DNA from: Phoronis australis
Taxonomy: Eukaryota > Animalia > Phoronida
Direction: 5' to 3'
Length of the DNA stretch: 64,000 nt
Assembly: GCA_002633005.1 (NCBI GenBank)
Contig: NMRA01000146.1
Coordinates: 209,640 to 273,639, forward strand
Position 1 is the stretch's first letter. Every line of letters starts with the position of its first letter. The notes beneath the pieces are model-generated. The model saw only the letters and a list, made by a program, of their open reading frames with translations, made no database searches and was not told the DNA's origin. Below, piece after piece: positions 50,745 through 64,000 of this stretch. The position numbers were made by a program, and so were the translations under genes.

Positions 50745-51640
50745 GTAGAGAGTGGGGCACGTAATATGAGCCAATTTTCAAATTATTGGTCTTATAATCT
50801 AAATAAAGAAACTAATTCCAGAAACTAAATCACGATAATAAACTGCAATGTGTCCTTATTGTATACACTAAGATGAAGACAATTGAAAAGGTGCAACATG
50901 TTTTTTTTTGGTATTTTAAGTTAGTCAGTCACAGATGGCTCAAAGTACCCCAATAATACGGGGCACTTTGATCCATAGCAAAGTACCGTCAACAAAACGC
51001 ATTCAATATCTTAAAAATATATTTGGTTACTTAAAGCATGCCTTTGACTTGATACTTCATAATGTTTAACCCAGCTTTTAATCTAAACACGACTCACACT
51101 TAAAGTCTCCAACACCCCGGCGATGTACGATGTGCATGCTTCGTGGGCCCAGTCAAGACGTTTTGCACTGTATCCAATCTTCTGAAGTTGGTTCCACATA
51201 TTCATTGCATATCAGGCAGTAGGAATTTCTGACAAGGGACATGCCACATCCCTTCCGCAAACCTTTACTGGAGTCACTTTGGCTGTGAGGTCGTGGATGT
51301 CAGTGTGCCCGGCTGGGTTGATTTTTTTTTAGTTCTTTGACGTTCTTTTTCGATCAGCTTTCTTTATTCTGGTCGGACTGCTTGTCAGCACCTTTGCATA
51401 TCCACGTTGGCCATTTTTGATGCTGTGGCTGCAGCAGCGGAAAATGCGGCATGAGACCGATGTCTAATACGTCATCAGTCGAAATATCACTCATACATTC
51501 CTTTGTTAGTCTTTCGTTGATATTTTTTTAACTATTTTCTACAATAAAGTTGCATCAAAACACTTAAAACTTGTTTAAGTTGTTGCTTACATAACGATGG
51601 GGCATTATGAGCCATGGCTCAACCCGCTGCCCCGCACACG
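50745..51640 (-). mobile_element. Degenerate pogo-like DNA transposon with C-terminal PHD-finger remnant
   Basis: Subterminal ggggca....tgagcca repeats at both ends; minus-strand YCLICNEYVEPTSEDWIQCKT/(frameshift)/DWAHEACT at ~51130..51225. Boundaries approximate. Confidence 0.55.
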
Positions 51641-52459
51641 GCATGGCCGTAGTGCAGCACTCTACAAAATTCTGAAGCCGAGATTAGAGTAATTATCGAT
51701 ACGAAGGGAGCTGGCCCTCCAACCATAAATTCCAGAATGGAGTTTATCAGTCGTGTAAGATATTGGCTACAGGGGTAAACTTCCCAACTTGTTGTTGGGC
51801 TATAGAATCGAACAACTTCAGTTGGGAGCAACGGCGGGTAGAAACGCAGTAACGTGGCACTTGTTGGAGGATGATCTCCATGATATATTATAAATTACAT
51901 AAGAAATTGTATAAGAAATGCATAAGAAATAGTTGTATAAGAGATAATTAGTGGAATGCTGTTGTCTCATTTGGAATGCAGTTTTGCTATATCTTGCCTT
52001 AGTTACATGGGCACGCTACTTGTGTATGTATATTAAAGCGATCATATAATAAAACAGTCTAAAAGATAGTTTCTTGTACAGAAACATGGTGTTCTTTTAT
52101 TAACCGGCATATCATCCTGACCATTAAGTCCAGTTTGTACGCAATGTCTCACCAATCATCAACAGCACTATACTGAGTTTTGGCACCTCAACAGGATTTG
52201 GTATCGAACGATACTGTGGTGTAGTGGTAAAATTAGAGGTTAGTAGGCACCCAAAACCCATCGTAACACCTTGAGCACAGAACGGTAACTTACGGTGGGT
52301 AGGCAAGAGAATGTTCAACTGCCAAATGGTGGTTGGCTGCGCTAACGGAGCGCCTACGCCCCACTACAGCACTAGACGGGCATTTGTCGGTTCAAACAGG
52401 AATGGCTGAGTACTTAGCGATAGACTATCTAGTTTAAACCGCACTTGGATGATCAATGC

Positions 52460-52790
52460 ACCTATTGGCCAATGAAAATTCGTTTAGAGCTGTACACGTG
52501 TCAGTTATGGCATCATGTTGTTCTACGACCAATAGTCTGGTCGCAACTAGTCACGTGACACTAATCGTGACCACTGGATGCAGTTAGGCCGTAAGGTTTG
52601 AGCGGCGACAGACGTGTTTTATCCCTCATGTCTTCCGTAGACGCCAAAACCTCGCGAGATATATTGCCATGGTTTATAAGTAAAGCTTGTATTCACTTTA
52701 GCTTCATTCGCGAGATTCTTGCGTCTACGGAACCCAACCAACAGCGTGTCCCTGAAGAGCGCGCCCCTAAAGTAAGATGGCGACGCCTTT
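52460..52790 (+). promoter_or_regulatory. Candidate housekeeping promoter, possibly for FASTKD5-like
   Basis: Cluster of ATTGG/CCAAT boxes (52465..52473, 52529), CACGTG E-boxes (52495, 52552) and the YY1 motif AAGATGGCG (52773). The link to the gene is inference. Confidence 0.35.
52633..52732. mobile_element. ~100-bp MITE family B copy
   Basis: ttccgtagacgccaaaacctcgcga ... tcgcgagattcttgcgtctacggaa. Confidence 0.7.
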
Positions 52791-53343
52791 GTATCGGAGT
52801 GGGAGTTTTAGACCCGTAGCTGACGCTGGTGACTCTTAAGTGACGTGAAATATTTGGTAAGATATTTTATATGATTAACTCTTTGCATAAAAGTCGATTA
52901 GAGGGACCCCTTTTCAATTTAGGTGACGAGAACCTGTTTCACTGAGCCGCTGAATAGCTGTTATGCCTGTTAATGTATGGCCGTGGCCGTGAATGAACAG
53001 GTTAAAACCAGTTCCGACAGCCATTTTGGAGACTCGTCCATTACTCGAGTAATGGTAATGTCCGTTATTCAGTTAAAAAAATGATTCCCGGTAGCCATTT
53101 TGAAGAGGCAACCGTTTGCTTCACTTTCACCAAGAATTGTGGTGGTTAATCCAGGTTGTTGTTACTAAATCTAGTCAGTAAAGGGTGACACACAGAATCT
53201 TGATTTTTTGCCGTGTCAGTGTCCTTGGCTTTGTTTGAAGGGAAAGTGCCTGTGTCTTCTGAAAGCAGGAGAGGATATTTTCTTGGGTGAAAAGGAAATA
53301 GTACTTGCGTAGTCGGCATCAATAGGACTTCACCGCTTTGACT

Positions 53344-54723
53344 AGACAGTGATCACTGTCTCTAATCAAACTACAGAGAGTGGAGCTCCTATTACAGTCA
53401 AGTGACCTAATTATCGGACGTTTTGGTACATTTTGCATTATATTTAATTGAAAATACTACGGATTGTTGTAAATTCTTTGCTGAAATAAAGAATTACCTT
53501 TATGGAATTGTTGTGTTACTATATCTTGTCAACGAAAGCCACATTTATGTTCCGACTGAACTTTAAAAAACACAACAAGCAAACCTTCGGAGAACCTAAA
53601 TATCGGACACCATGTTTCACCATACGCCACACCGCGGAAAACTGACTAACAACGTAATGGCCGCGAGCACCTTGTAGCCAAATTTCAGCTCGAGTGTTTT
53701 GACATATATGCTGCTAGAACACAGGTCCATTCGCAACAAAATTATCCATAAAATGAAATTTGATGACGGCGCCAAGTCATTTCGATGAATTAGTGCAGAC
53801 GACTAAAGCACGTGCAAACTCACTGCAGTTTTTATTATCACTTTGGCTTCTTGATATGACACCCGCACGTGCAAGGTCGGGGTTTGACTTGAGTTTAAAA
53901 ACAAATGAAAAAAATGGAACAGTAACATATTGTCAGTTCAATGAGAAAGTTTCATTGTGGAAAAAGATTTTATGTTCAACTTTTATAATCGATTTATTCG
54001 ATCGTCCATTTTAGGCCGACTTGGGGGTCTAAATTGCACCCTCTCTCGGTGAAATCAAAACGAGGCAACGCTGTAAAAAACGAGACGGTGCCGGACATTG
54101 AATGCATTACAACGGAACAACAATTGGTGTCATTTAATTCTCAGATTATGCTTCAAGTAAGATTTTTTGAAATGTCCGATATTTAGGTTCCGTCCGATAA
54201 TTAGGTACACTATGTGTAGGTGCTTCATACGCTGGATGCTGGCGAATTATGTCTCGTACTGACTAAAACATCAAAGCGATGTTATCAACACCTTTTGCAC
54301 GTAGAGGGACACCTTAGGAGGCCATTGATTTTTTAATTCCTTCCTATTACAAATACTCCCGTTACCTATCGTTTTCTTTTTCTTCGAGCAGTCCCTTGTT
54401 AAGTTCCTTAAATCAGTAACTCGTCATGGCAGGGGATATGACGTCATACCACCTGCCCTGCGAAGTGTTAGAAATAGTGAGTTTCTATCGATTTTGGGAA
54501 CTGAACGAGGGACTGCTCGAAGGGGTATTTTTGTCGAGTTGTAAGGAATTAAATACATCGACGACCTCCAAATGTGTCCCTCTATGCGCTTAAGATACTC
54601 ATAACAACGTGACTTATTTTTTAATTCAGTGTGAGGCATACTTAGCCAAAAAACTTCCAGCGTATGAAGGCCTATAGGAGCTCCACTGTCTGCAGTTCAT
54701 CTAGAGACGGTTTGTCACTGTCT
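53344..54723. mobile_element. Fully palindromic foldback element interrupted by a Tc1/mariner-like MITE (53395..54216)
   Basis: Arms agacagtga...gtggagctccta / taggagctccac...tcactgtct, cttcatacgctgga / tccagcgtatgaag and ttcgagcagtccct / agggactgctcgaa, centred on atgacgtcat. The insert is bounded by TA|cagtcaagtgacctaattatcggacg ... cgtccgataattaggtacactatgtg|TA. Confidence 0.75.
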
Positions 54724-57700
54724 GCGCTTTTGTCAGCCCTCACAGGCTCTGCCTCAAGTAGCACATGTTAATTTTGTGCTGTTTAAAATTGTCGCCTGTG
54801 TGAGTTACAAGTGGGCCGAATATTGAGGAAAATTGTTAACCAGTTGTGTGTGGTAGTTATTTACTGTAGTTTACTGTAGTGAAGGCTCATTCGTTAGCGA
54901 CTTCTCGGTCCCTCGGATATCACCTCCTGGTACTCAATCCCTCGATTTTTCGGCCGAATATCGAGCCCATTCCCCTCTAAAAATGTTTGAAAAATCACGA
55001 TATTCTCCTAGTGAAGCCCAAAAATTCTCCTCAAGGTTCGAATCACTTGCAACTCGCATAGGTGACAATTGAAATGAGCGCAAATCTTAGTTTGGCTAGT
55101 TGAGGCGGAGCCTGTGAAGGCATGAAGCAAGGTGGGAGGTATAAATGGTAGAAATTTCCTCTCGTCTCAAAAAATTCCCCTCTCAGAAGACACAGGCACC
55201 TTTCCTCTCTGATAAGTAGAGCTCTGTACCTCCAGGGATAATTCTGGACTGCGCCAATGTGCCATAAGAGCATAAAAAATAAGTCTCATATACATTGCAG
55301 CAGTGCGCCCCCAGGCGCATCTTTTGAAACGCAACACTCTTCCAAGAAATGCTAGATTCTAGTCAATTTACAGCCAGTTGGTTCTTATTCCGCCACAGCT
55401 GCAGTCTGTTTGAAGTCTTTGTATGGAATTTTTAAATATAAAAGGAACTATTACATGAACATGGCTCTGTTCTTATTTTGATTGCAGTGGAGTTTTTATT
55501 TCATATGTTACCACTTTTAAATATACTATCTCTGCTGGGCACGACTTTTTTAAAAAGGCACACTTTTTTCACCGGGTGCACCCAAAGGGCACTAACTGGT
55601 TCAAACCTGGTCAAGGATGTCCCTGTACCTCCTTATTGTCCATAACTGTTTGCTGCTCCGCAATACAGTTTAATTTTGGTAAATATTGTGTTCTTTATTT
55701 ACTGTCATGATGGCCACCGCTTAGGATCACCTCTACTGCTACACGACATTGCAGTGAATTAACATTTTACAAACTTTTAGTCATATAACCAGACAAGTTT
55801 TACACTACGTGTATTAACCTCACTCTGGTTGCATTGTGGCCGCCCTTGTTCCAAAGCTATTGGACACTCACTCACGGCTTGGAATTTTCCGCGGAAACGC
55901 GTATTTCCGCTTTTTTCAAATGTGTTTTCCGCTTTTTTTATATTTCCGCGTAAAAAAAATCGGATTTGATATAAAATTTCCGCGGCAAATTCCTTTCTTA
56001 CCGCGGCGTTGCAGACGACGTTCACCTCGAAAAGCGGAAGTTGCTCTTTATGTTTTAGAGGAACATAAATTGTCAACATTGCCGGGGCATCTGGGACAGC
56101 GTGGTGGGATTTTCAATGGCGTCTCGCGTTATTGTTAAGCGCGGCAACAAATACTACCGCTCTGCAGCCAANNNNNNNNNNNNNNNNNNNNNNNNNNNNN
56201 NNNNNNNNNNNNNNNNNNNNNNNNNNNNNNNNNNNNNNNNNNNNNNNNNNNNNNNNNNNNNNNNNNNNNNNNNNNNNNNNNNNNNNNNNNNNNNNNNNNN
56301 NNNNNNNNNNNNNNNNNNNNNNNNNNNNNNNNNNNNNNNNNNNNNNNNNNNNNNNNNNNNNNNNNNNNNNNNNNNNNNNNNNNNNNNNNNNNNNNNNNNN
56401 NNNNNNNNNNNNNNNNNNNNNNNNNNNNNNNNNNNNNNNNNNNNNNNNNNNNNNNNNNNNNNNNNNNNNNNNNNNNNNNNNNNNNNNNNNNNNNNNNNNN
56501 NNNNNNNNNNNNNNNNNNNNNNNNNNNNNNNNNNNNNNNNNNNNNNNNNNNNNNNNNNNNNNNNNNNNNNNNNNNNNNNNNNNNNNNNNNNNNNNNNNNN
56601 NNNNNNNNNNNNNNNNNNNNNNNNNNNNNNNNNNNNNNNNNNNNNNNNNNNNNNNNNNNNNNNNNNNNNNNNNNNNNNNNNNNNNNNNNNNNNNNNNNNN
56701 NNNNNNNNNNNNNNNNNNNNNNNNNNNNNNNNNNNNNNNNNNNNNNNNNNNNNNNNNNNNNNNNNNNNNNNNNNNNNNNNNNNNNNNNNNNNNNNNNNNN
56801 NNNNNNNNNNNNNNNNNNNNNNNNNNNNNNNNNNNNNNNNNNNNNNNNNNNNNNNNNNNNNNNNNNNNNNNNNNNNNNNNNNNNNNNNNNNNNNNNNNNN
56901 NNNNNNNNNNNNNNNNNNNNNNNNNNNNNNNNNNNNNNNNNNGTTTAACACAGACGCAGCTGTAAAACATATGCTGAAAGGTCTGGACTTCGCCACAGTA
57001 GGGACATTGGTCTGTTTGTGAAATACCAAATATTTTTAACATTTTGTTTGTATAAATTCTTTTGTGAATGAAAAAGTATTTAAACATTGACAAATGAGGG
57101 TTTATGGGTAGATTAAAAGGGAGATTATATATTTCTTTAATTTCGGCGTCTGTGTAGTAGTTGAGTAAAAACGCATAATTATCTGGTTTTACAGAAAACT
57201 TGTGAATAAATGTGTTTTTGATCCATGGAGTGGAACTATTGAAGAATAAAAATCTAATGTTATTACAACTAACAATCCTTCTATCCGACGGACCCAGAAC
57301 TTTCTTCAAGGTCGTTGTGGTGGAATAAAATGGTATGATAGACGTATCCTTTAAGTTATAATTTTTCTTAATGCTTTCCCATTTAAGAAGTTTGTTCTGG
57401 CTATCTAAAAAATCTTCGCAAAATATGAGGCCTGCATTGTACAGATCTTGGTAAAATAATGATTTACCGCTAACAGTTAAGTTACAATTGTTCCATATCA
57501 CTTGTTTGGCTATTGGTACTTCATTAAATATTTCAGGATTAAGAATATCTAAGGTTGAGAGAACATCTTTGTAAAAAGGGTTCTTAATTTCACATTTTAG
57601 GGTTTTCAGTTCAAAATTGGATGAAAAAATGAGGACATCAAAGTGATGTTGCTATAAATACCTTATGCACGTAGAGGGACACTTTAGGAGGCCATCGATT

Positions 57701-59258
57701 CCTTCCTACGCCTACAAATACTCCCGTTACCTTTCTTTTTCTTTTTCTTCGAGCAGTCCCTCGTTCAGTTCCTAAAATCGGTAACTCGTCATGGCAGGGG
57801 ATATGACGTCATACCACCTGCCTTGCGAAGTGTTAAAAATAGCGAGTTTCTACCGATTTTGGGAACTGAACGAGGGACTGCTCGAAGGGGCATTTTGTCG
57901 AGTTGTAAAGAATTAAATACATCGACGGCCTCCAAATGAGTCTCTCTATGCGCAAAAGATAACTCATAACAAGGTGATTTTTATTTTTTAATTCAGTGTG
58001 AGGCATACTTCGCCGAAAAGCTTCCAGCGTATGAAGGCCTATAGGAGCTCTACCGTCTGCAGTTCAACTAGAGACGGTTTGTCATGCTTTTGCCAGCCCT
58101 CACAGGCTCTGCCTCAAGTAGCACATGTTAATTTTGTGCTGTTTAAAATTGTCGCCTGTGTAAGTTACAAGTGGGTCGAACATTGAGGAAAATTTTTTAC
58201 CAGTTGTGTGTGGTAGTCATTTGTTACTACTAGTTTACTGTAGTGAAGTCTCGTTCGTTAGCGACTTCTCGGTCCCTCGGATATCCCCTCCTGGTACTCA
58301 ATCCCTCGATTTTGAGGCCGAATATCGACCCCATTCCCTTCTTAAATGTTTGAAAAATCACGATATTCTTGTGAGGCCCAAAAATTCTCAAGTGATAAAA
58401 AATTCCCCTCAAGGTTCGAATCACTTGCAACTCGCATAAGTGACAATTGAACTGAGCGCAAAATCTTAGTTTTGGCTAGTTGAGGCGGAGCCTGTGAAGG
58501 CATGAATCAAGGTGGGAGGTGTAATTGGTAGAAATTTCCCCTCGTCCCAAAAAATTCCCCTCTCAGAAGACACAGGCACCATTCCTCTCTGATAATTAGA
58601 GCTCTGTACCTCCAGGGATAATTCTGGACTGCGCCAATGTGCCATTAGAGTATAAAAAAATAAGTCTCATATACATTGCAGCAGTGCGCCCCCAGGCGTA
58701 TCTTTTAAAACGCAACACTCTTCCAAGAAATGCTAGATTCTAGTCAATTTACAGCCAGTGGCTTCTTATTCCGCCACAGCTGCAGTCTGTTTGAAGTCAT
58801 TGTATGGAATTTTTAAATATAAAAGGACTATTACATGAACATGGCTCTGTTCTTATTTTGATTGCAGTGGAGTTTTTGTTTCATATGTTACCACTTTTAA
58901 ATATACTATCTCTGCTGGGCACAACTTTTTAAAAAAGGCACACTTTTTTTTTCACCGGGTGCACCCAAAGGGCACTAACTGTTTCAAACCTGGTCAAGAA
59001 TGTCCCTGTGCCTCCTTATTGTCCATAAGTGTTTGCAGCTCTGCAATACTGTTTAATTTTGGTAAATATTGTGTTGTTCTTTATTTACTGTCATGATGAC
59101 AACCGCTTACGATCACCTCTACTGTTACACGACATTGCCGTGCATTAACATTTTACAAACTTTCAGTCATATAACCAGACAAGTTTTACACTACGTGTAT
59201 TAACCTCACTCTGTTTGCAATGTGGCCGGCCTTGTTCCAAAGCTGTTGGACACTCACT
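54268..59258 (+). repeat. Direct ~1.6-kb duplication (~54268..55871 and ~57635..59258) flanking a gap
   Basis: Colinear from acatcaaag.gatgtt to ttggacactcact, with substitutions and indels. Confidence 0.9.
56943..57634 (-). mobile_element. 5'-truncated L1/Tx1-clade LINE ORF2 C-terminal fragment (zf-RVT)
   Basis: Open frame IWNNCNLTVSGKSLFY...FKYFFIHKRIYTNKMLKIFGISQTDQCPYCGEVQTFQHMFYSC with a CxxC-x7-H-x4-C zinc knuckle; AT-rich; runs into the gap. Confidence 0.85.
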
Positions 59259-59913
59259 ACACAATTACACCATTTGGGTCTTGTAGACAAAACATACCAA
59301 ACACCCTGTCCACATTTGATAGAGTACATGTATCTGTTTCGCATTATACTTACCCACATAAGCATTGTTACCAAAAACTGGCCCGTGTATTCGAGGATAA
59401 AGTATGCAATTTGAAAATATACGTTGAAAAATACATGCCAAAATTGCAGTACTGACCAGCCATTTGAATGTCATCAAGATAATTCAAGGTAAGGCACAAA
59501 CGACGATAACTCTGAACACAAAACTCCCTCCATTTGTTCACTCTCTTTATATTTTGCAACCTGAACAATTGAAAAACTTCCATTAAAAGGCTTTGGTGAG
59601 GCATTTTATGCTCAGGTGTATTGATGCGAGAGACTGAAGCAGAGCAAATCTCGCGAGAATAAAATTGTATGTGATACTGCTTACACATGCACTAGGTTTG
59701 CAAGAAATAAAAAAACTCTGAAGTACTTACACTTGATATGGAAAATTTGTTTACTAAGTGATTTGAGTTGGCTGCTTTGGCACTGCTTACGTCCCATAGA
59801 TATGGACAGAGTTGTTCAGCAGAATTGCCAAGTGCAAGGTACCTGTTATTTCGGCTTAATGAACAGTCATGGTTTGGCTTATAAAACTGCGAGGAAAGAA
59901 TGGTTGTTTTGAA

Positions 59914-59978
59914 GAATAAATTAGTATGAGAATAAATTAGTATGAGAATAAATTAGTATGAGAATAAATTAGTATGAG
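59914..59978. repeat. 16-bp minisatellite (gaataaattagtatga x4)
   Basis: Seen directly. Confidence 0.9.
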
Positions 59979-60619
59979 AGGCTCTGGTAGACTTGAAGGC
60001 CTGGTAAACTGTTTAAGGTTCAGCAACTCTAGCGTATTGAAATACTCTGGAGAAGAAGATAACAAGACAATGTCTCCGGATACCAGCGATCCAGTGATCC
60101 CTGAAATGCGAGTGCATATGTGAATTTGGATATACTAGTGCAGAATTTCCGTAGTAACTGTTACGAGCAGGCTTTTTTGGCCGTGTCAAGCGTTGAGTTA
60201 TTAAATTATAGCAGCCTTTTTGACTGTTATGTTGTACATTGATATGATTATGTTATCGATACCATAGCATTGTTTTGTTACGGATGCACCCTCTCAATTC
60301 TGTATAAAAACTAATGGTCACGTGAATCAGTTTTCAGCAGATTATTATAGTATAAAGTCAAAAATTAGATTCTTCAGTCTTTCTACTTCAGAACACTTTG
60401 TTGTGTACTACGCTGCAGATACTTGATGAACCGCCAAAATCAATAATTTCTTACATAGCCTTAGAAGTGAATCGTGGTAATTGGAAAACAATCTAAATCA
60501 ATAATATGCCTGCTGATGAATCATCCCCCATTACCCTGTGAATGGTGCATTCTCACTTCAGTTCTCAATAACTGTGATGTTGATGAAGAATAATGCAGGA
60601 CTCAGTCTAAGACGGTCTA

Positions 60620-60780
60620 CTTTATCAATATGTGTGTGCAGCTTATGTGATTCTTTCCTTATTGGTGAAACTACCGGCTATCTTAAGACCCAGGTGAAAG
60701 AACATTTTGATACTGATAACAATTCTCATAGTAATTGTCATTGGAAACCTAGTGCAGATGGAGTTGATTAACTGCTATGC
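60620..60780 (+). mobile_element. Penelope-like element GIY-YIG endonuclease remnant
   Basis: CSLCDSFLIGETTGYLKTQVKEHFDTDNNSH fits the CxxC-x3-YIGET-x2-L-x2-R-x2-EH pattern. Confidence 0.65.
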
Positions 60781-61090
60781 GCTTACGCAGTTACGTGTCT
60801 TCTTTTTCTTAATACCATATCGGTTGTTCTTTGCCGAAGTTTCTCTGCTATGCAGAACGACCACTGCTGCCTTGGGTTTTGTTACCAAATGTGTGGGGAC
60901 ACTCCACCTACACTTAAGTGTGACGAGTTGCACCATTGCAAGGTGCTCTATAGCTACACAGCTGTTGGTTATCTCACTTAAGGTTTAGTGCGTACACTGT
61001 AAGCATTAGACAGAAGAAACATGAATGTGTTCGTTCATTCAGTACATCCTTTGTGCAGAATTCAGCATTGGGTTGTTATTTCCAGGTAGA

Positions 61091-62477
61091 ATGAAGAGAG
61101 CAGCTTGGAGTTCTGCACAAGCACTTGCCACTAGATGTCATGGTTGTTACCTCAGGAGAGTTATTACGTCGTTCTCCGTAAATATGACATATGACAATCA
61201 TAGAACGTCTTGTTTTCGCTCAATTGATAGTAAACGACTGCTGGTGAGTATGGTCAGTGCGAAAGACTTGTTCAATGCTTCGAGAGACCGAAGAAGAATA
61301 GATAAGAAGATAAGTAATGGTCAAAAAGACAACAAAGTGGTTGGAGTAAATCATCGTGAGGCCAAGAGACGACTCGACTGGTCTGTGGCATATCAACTAC
61401 GACGCAATGTCTTTGATAGGGAGTGTTACACAAACACAGTATTCATCCAAACAGACAAGCCAGTTCCACCACAGGCATTGGAAAATCTGTCTCGCCAAGA
61501 CCTTAACGCATTAGATGACAGTGCGCTTGAAGAAAAGTTAGCCGTTGTTGGAAACGCTGAACTGTCGCAGAAGAAAACAGATCTGTTCAAGATGTTCGAT
61601 GATGAATTTCAGTCGCGTCTTCACAAAATGAAGATTTGGCAGTTGTTGTATGTGGCGGATGTATTCATCTCCTGTCAGTACAAGGCAACCCGTTTTATGG
61701 AAAAGCTGCTTTGTTTTGTGGCTGACAGGTGGGAGATGTCTAGTATCTCTCCTCAAGAGGTCACTCAGGTTGCATTTATTATTGCTGTTAACGGACGTTG
61801 CAATATAGAGCTGCTGACGGCGATGGAGAAATATGTCCACCAAAATCTGGAAGCGTTCCGACTCGACGAAGTGTCGGTGATTTGTCTGGGGTTCTATCGT
61901 ACGCGCACGTCATTTCGTAGTTACCCACTAATGGATGGCATAGCTGGTAAGGTGCTGTCGGACTGGAGTGACATGCATGTACAGTCGCTGAACAATATTT
62001 TCAAACAGTTCAAATATGGTGGCTACATGACACCGAGTTTCTATAACACTCTTGGACACCATGTTGCTGTGCAGTATGCCAGTCGGAAAATAACTGACGT
62101 TAAAGCAGACATCTTTCAGGTGCTATTCTTGTATGCTTCTTCACGGATCTATAACGAAAGTTTGGTGACGACAGCGCACGACAGATTTGTGGAGTTCATA
62201 TTTAGTGAACAGGGGAACTCGAGCGATGTGCTTGGAAAATTCCGCGGAAAAGACGTAGCAAGACTTCTGTGGGCATTTGCAACGTTTGGGTTTGACCTCA
62301 ATGAAACTGTGGTCGACTCTTTGGTGGCTAATTTTAGGTCAAGGATTCACAGTGGAGAAGTATCGCAATATCCAGGGATACTCGTCGATGTTCTATTGTC
62401 TTTAGCCTATCTGGGTCATTATCCTGATGCTCTCCTGGATCACTTCTTCTCAAAAACCAATTTAAACGCTGTCTGGG
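61091..62477 (+). CDS. FASTKD5: FAST kinase domain-containing protein 5-like, mitochondrial (first large coding exon; gene incomplete)
   Basis: Long ORF with a basic, Ser/Arg-rich presequence-like N-terminus (MKRAAWSSAQALATR...) and helical repeats. RGKDVARLLWAFATFGF...QYPGILVDVLLSLAYLGHYPDALLDHFFS matches my recollection of the FASTKD5 FAST_1 region. Acceptor ttatttccag at 61085 precedes ATG 61091; donor G|gtaagt at 62478. No RAP domain found inside the window. Confidence 0.8.
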
Positions 62478-64000
62478 GTAAGTTTTGTCTGTGCGGAGGA
62501 TGTGCAATAACGTTATTTTGTCTCTATATAGCCCTTAACTATGTTGATATCTGGTAAACCATATGTTTGTATGCGACTGCACTGTCGTACAGCTTTTAAT
62601 TTCATAAATTGGTAATACTTAGGCCCATTAGTGTTACAGATTCATTCAATCATAGTAGTGGCATTTAAAAAGGCTGTTATCTGCCTTCTGTCAAATTAGA
62701 GGCAATTTCAGGACTTCAAGGTGGTTTGCTACTGGTAGAGACTAGGATCCAAAAATTGGTTTTTCACAGTTGGTCATTTTTATCCCCTGCATGGTCTCAA
62801 GAAATAACAAAAGTTGTGTCTTTTTCTGTTTAATATTAGCATTCTGGAAATGGCTTTCGCATTGTATCCAAGGTATCTTAGGCACCATTGTGAGTGCAGA
62901 AGTGTTGTTAATTCTTTGCCAATCCAGAAGTAACTTATCATCTGAGTACGGAGTTAATTTGACGCCAGTTTTGAAGCAGAGAGTAGTCATCGACTACTAG
63001 TCGAGTGTCGGGTTTCACTCAAAATAATGTGCCACTTAAATGTAAAATTCCATCGAAGTACAACCTAGTCCCTGTGTCTGACCTTTGTGTGGTGATGTAC
63101 TAAGACGGTTTTGAGTTGATCCCATTAATCTTGATGTAGGTGCACAAGTCTACTTGAACGAAAACATCAGACATGATTTCTGCAGTGATCCAGCCAGTGC
63201 TACAAATCCTTGAGCTGCTATAAACTCCTGAAACACATCCAGCAACTTTTCAGCTGTTATTCAATAACTTTATAACTGACTCTTGACTAACCCTGTCTGC
63301 TGATGCTGTAACTTGACCTATATCTTTATCTTAAACTCTTTTGGGGGCTCTCACTAACCCCTTGTTCGTGACAATATTCTGGAACTTATCACAAGTATTA
63401 GGAACACGTTTTAGAACTTCTCGGAAACCACCCAATCATTGTACTAACAAAGTCCATGTTTTAACCTATGGTTCTATGTTAATCGAGTCATTGAAAAACT
63501 AGAATGTTCTAAAGTATTCAGTTGTCACTATATTCACTGGCCTAACCGCTTAACTAGGAGATTTTGGTCAATCAAGCTAGTGAACAATCAAAACAGCTAG
63601 ATATCGAGAAACTAGTGTCATTCTAGTGTTGACAATTTTTCATATCATTCCAGATCACCCTATACCAAGCAAAAAAGTAGAGGCAGTGTTAATATGGCAG
63701 AGCTCACTAATTGAAAGTCCATCCTTCCAATTAAATGATGAAAGCAGTGTAAGTTCTTGAGGGGTTTGCTTCATGAAAAGTGATGTATTTTAAAAGGCTT
63801 TTGGTATGCATTGCTCGGGTGTTTAGTGGAATAAAGTTTTTTGCCCGATAAATGCTAGCACATCATTCTCAGTTTAGAAACACTTTGTGAAAATTATCCA
63901 AGCAACTAGCAAGTACAAGTATGCTTTCAGAGATACTGCAGTAATTTGCTGAGGTGTGCTTTGAAATCGTTTCTCAGAAATAGCTGTCAGGAATGTAAGG

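Noticed and set aside
56101-57029. Long ORFs made of X
   Set aside because: Artefacts of the N-gap at 56172..56942; only the LINE part to the right of the gap is real.

Overview
Eukaryotic (invertebrate animal, probably lophotrochozoan) draft-assembly window with spliceosomal introns and three N-gaps. I reconstructed four protein-coding genes by hand, all with GT-AG introns in consistent phase: (1) a C2CD4-family gene with a second C2 domain on separate exons (+, 696..5026); (2) a single-pass membrane protein with an IgGFc-binding-type N-terminal domain and an acidic DNDCD/DDDNDGLIDED repeat (-, 6327..17366); (3) a three-domain gelsolin-like actin modulator (-, 19145..32936); (4) the first coding exon of a FASTKD5-like gene that continues past this exon (+, from 61091). 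The best finding is in the gelsolin gene: two tandem 128-nt paralogous exons (27996..28123 and 26502..26629) encode the G1 actin/Ca2+-binding helix. They can only be used one at a time and both show purifying selection. The rest of the window holds many non-autonomous DNA transposons (MITE families, Kolobok-like, Harbinger-like, Tc1-like, hAT and pogo remnants, some nested), LINE and Penelope fragments, and two gap-spanning ~1.6-kb duplications that look like uncollapsed alleles. I found no rRNA, tRNA or CRISPR. All family assignments come from recognising motifs, not from database searches.
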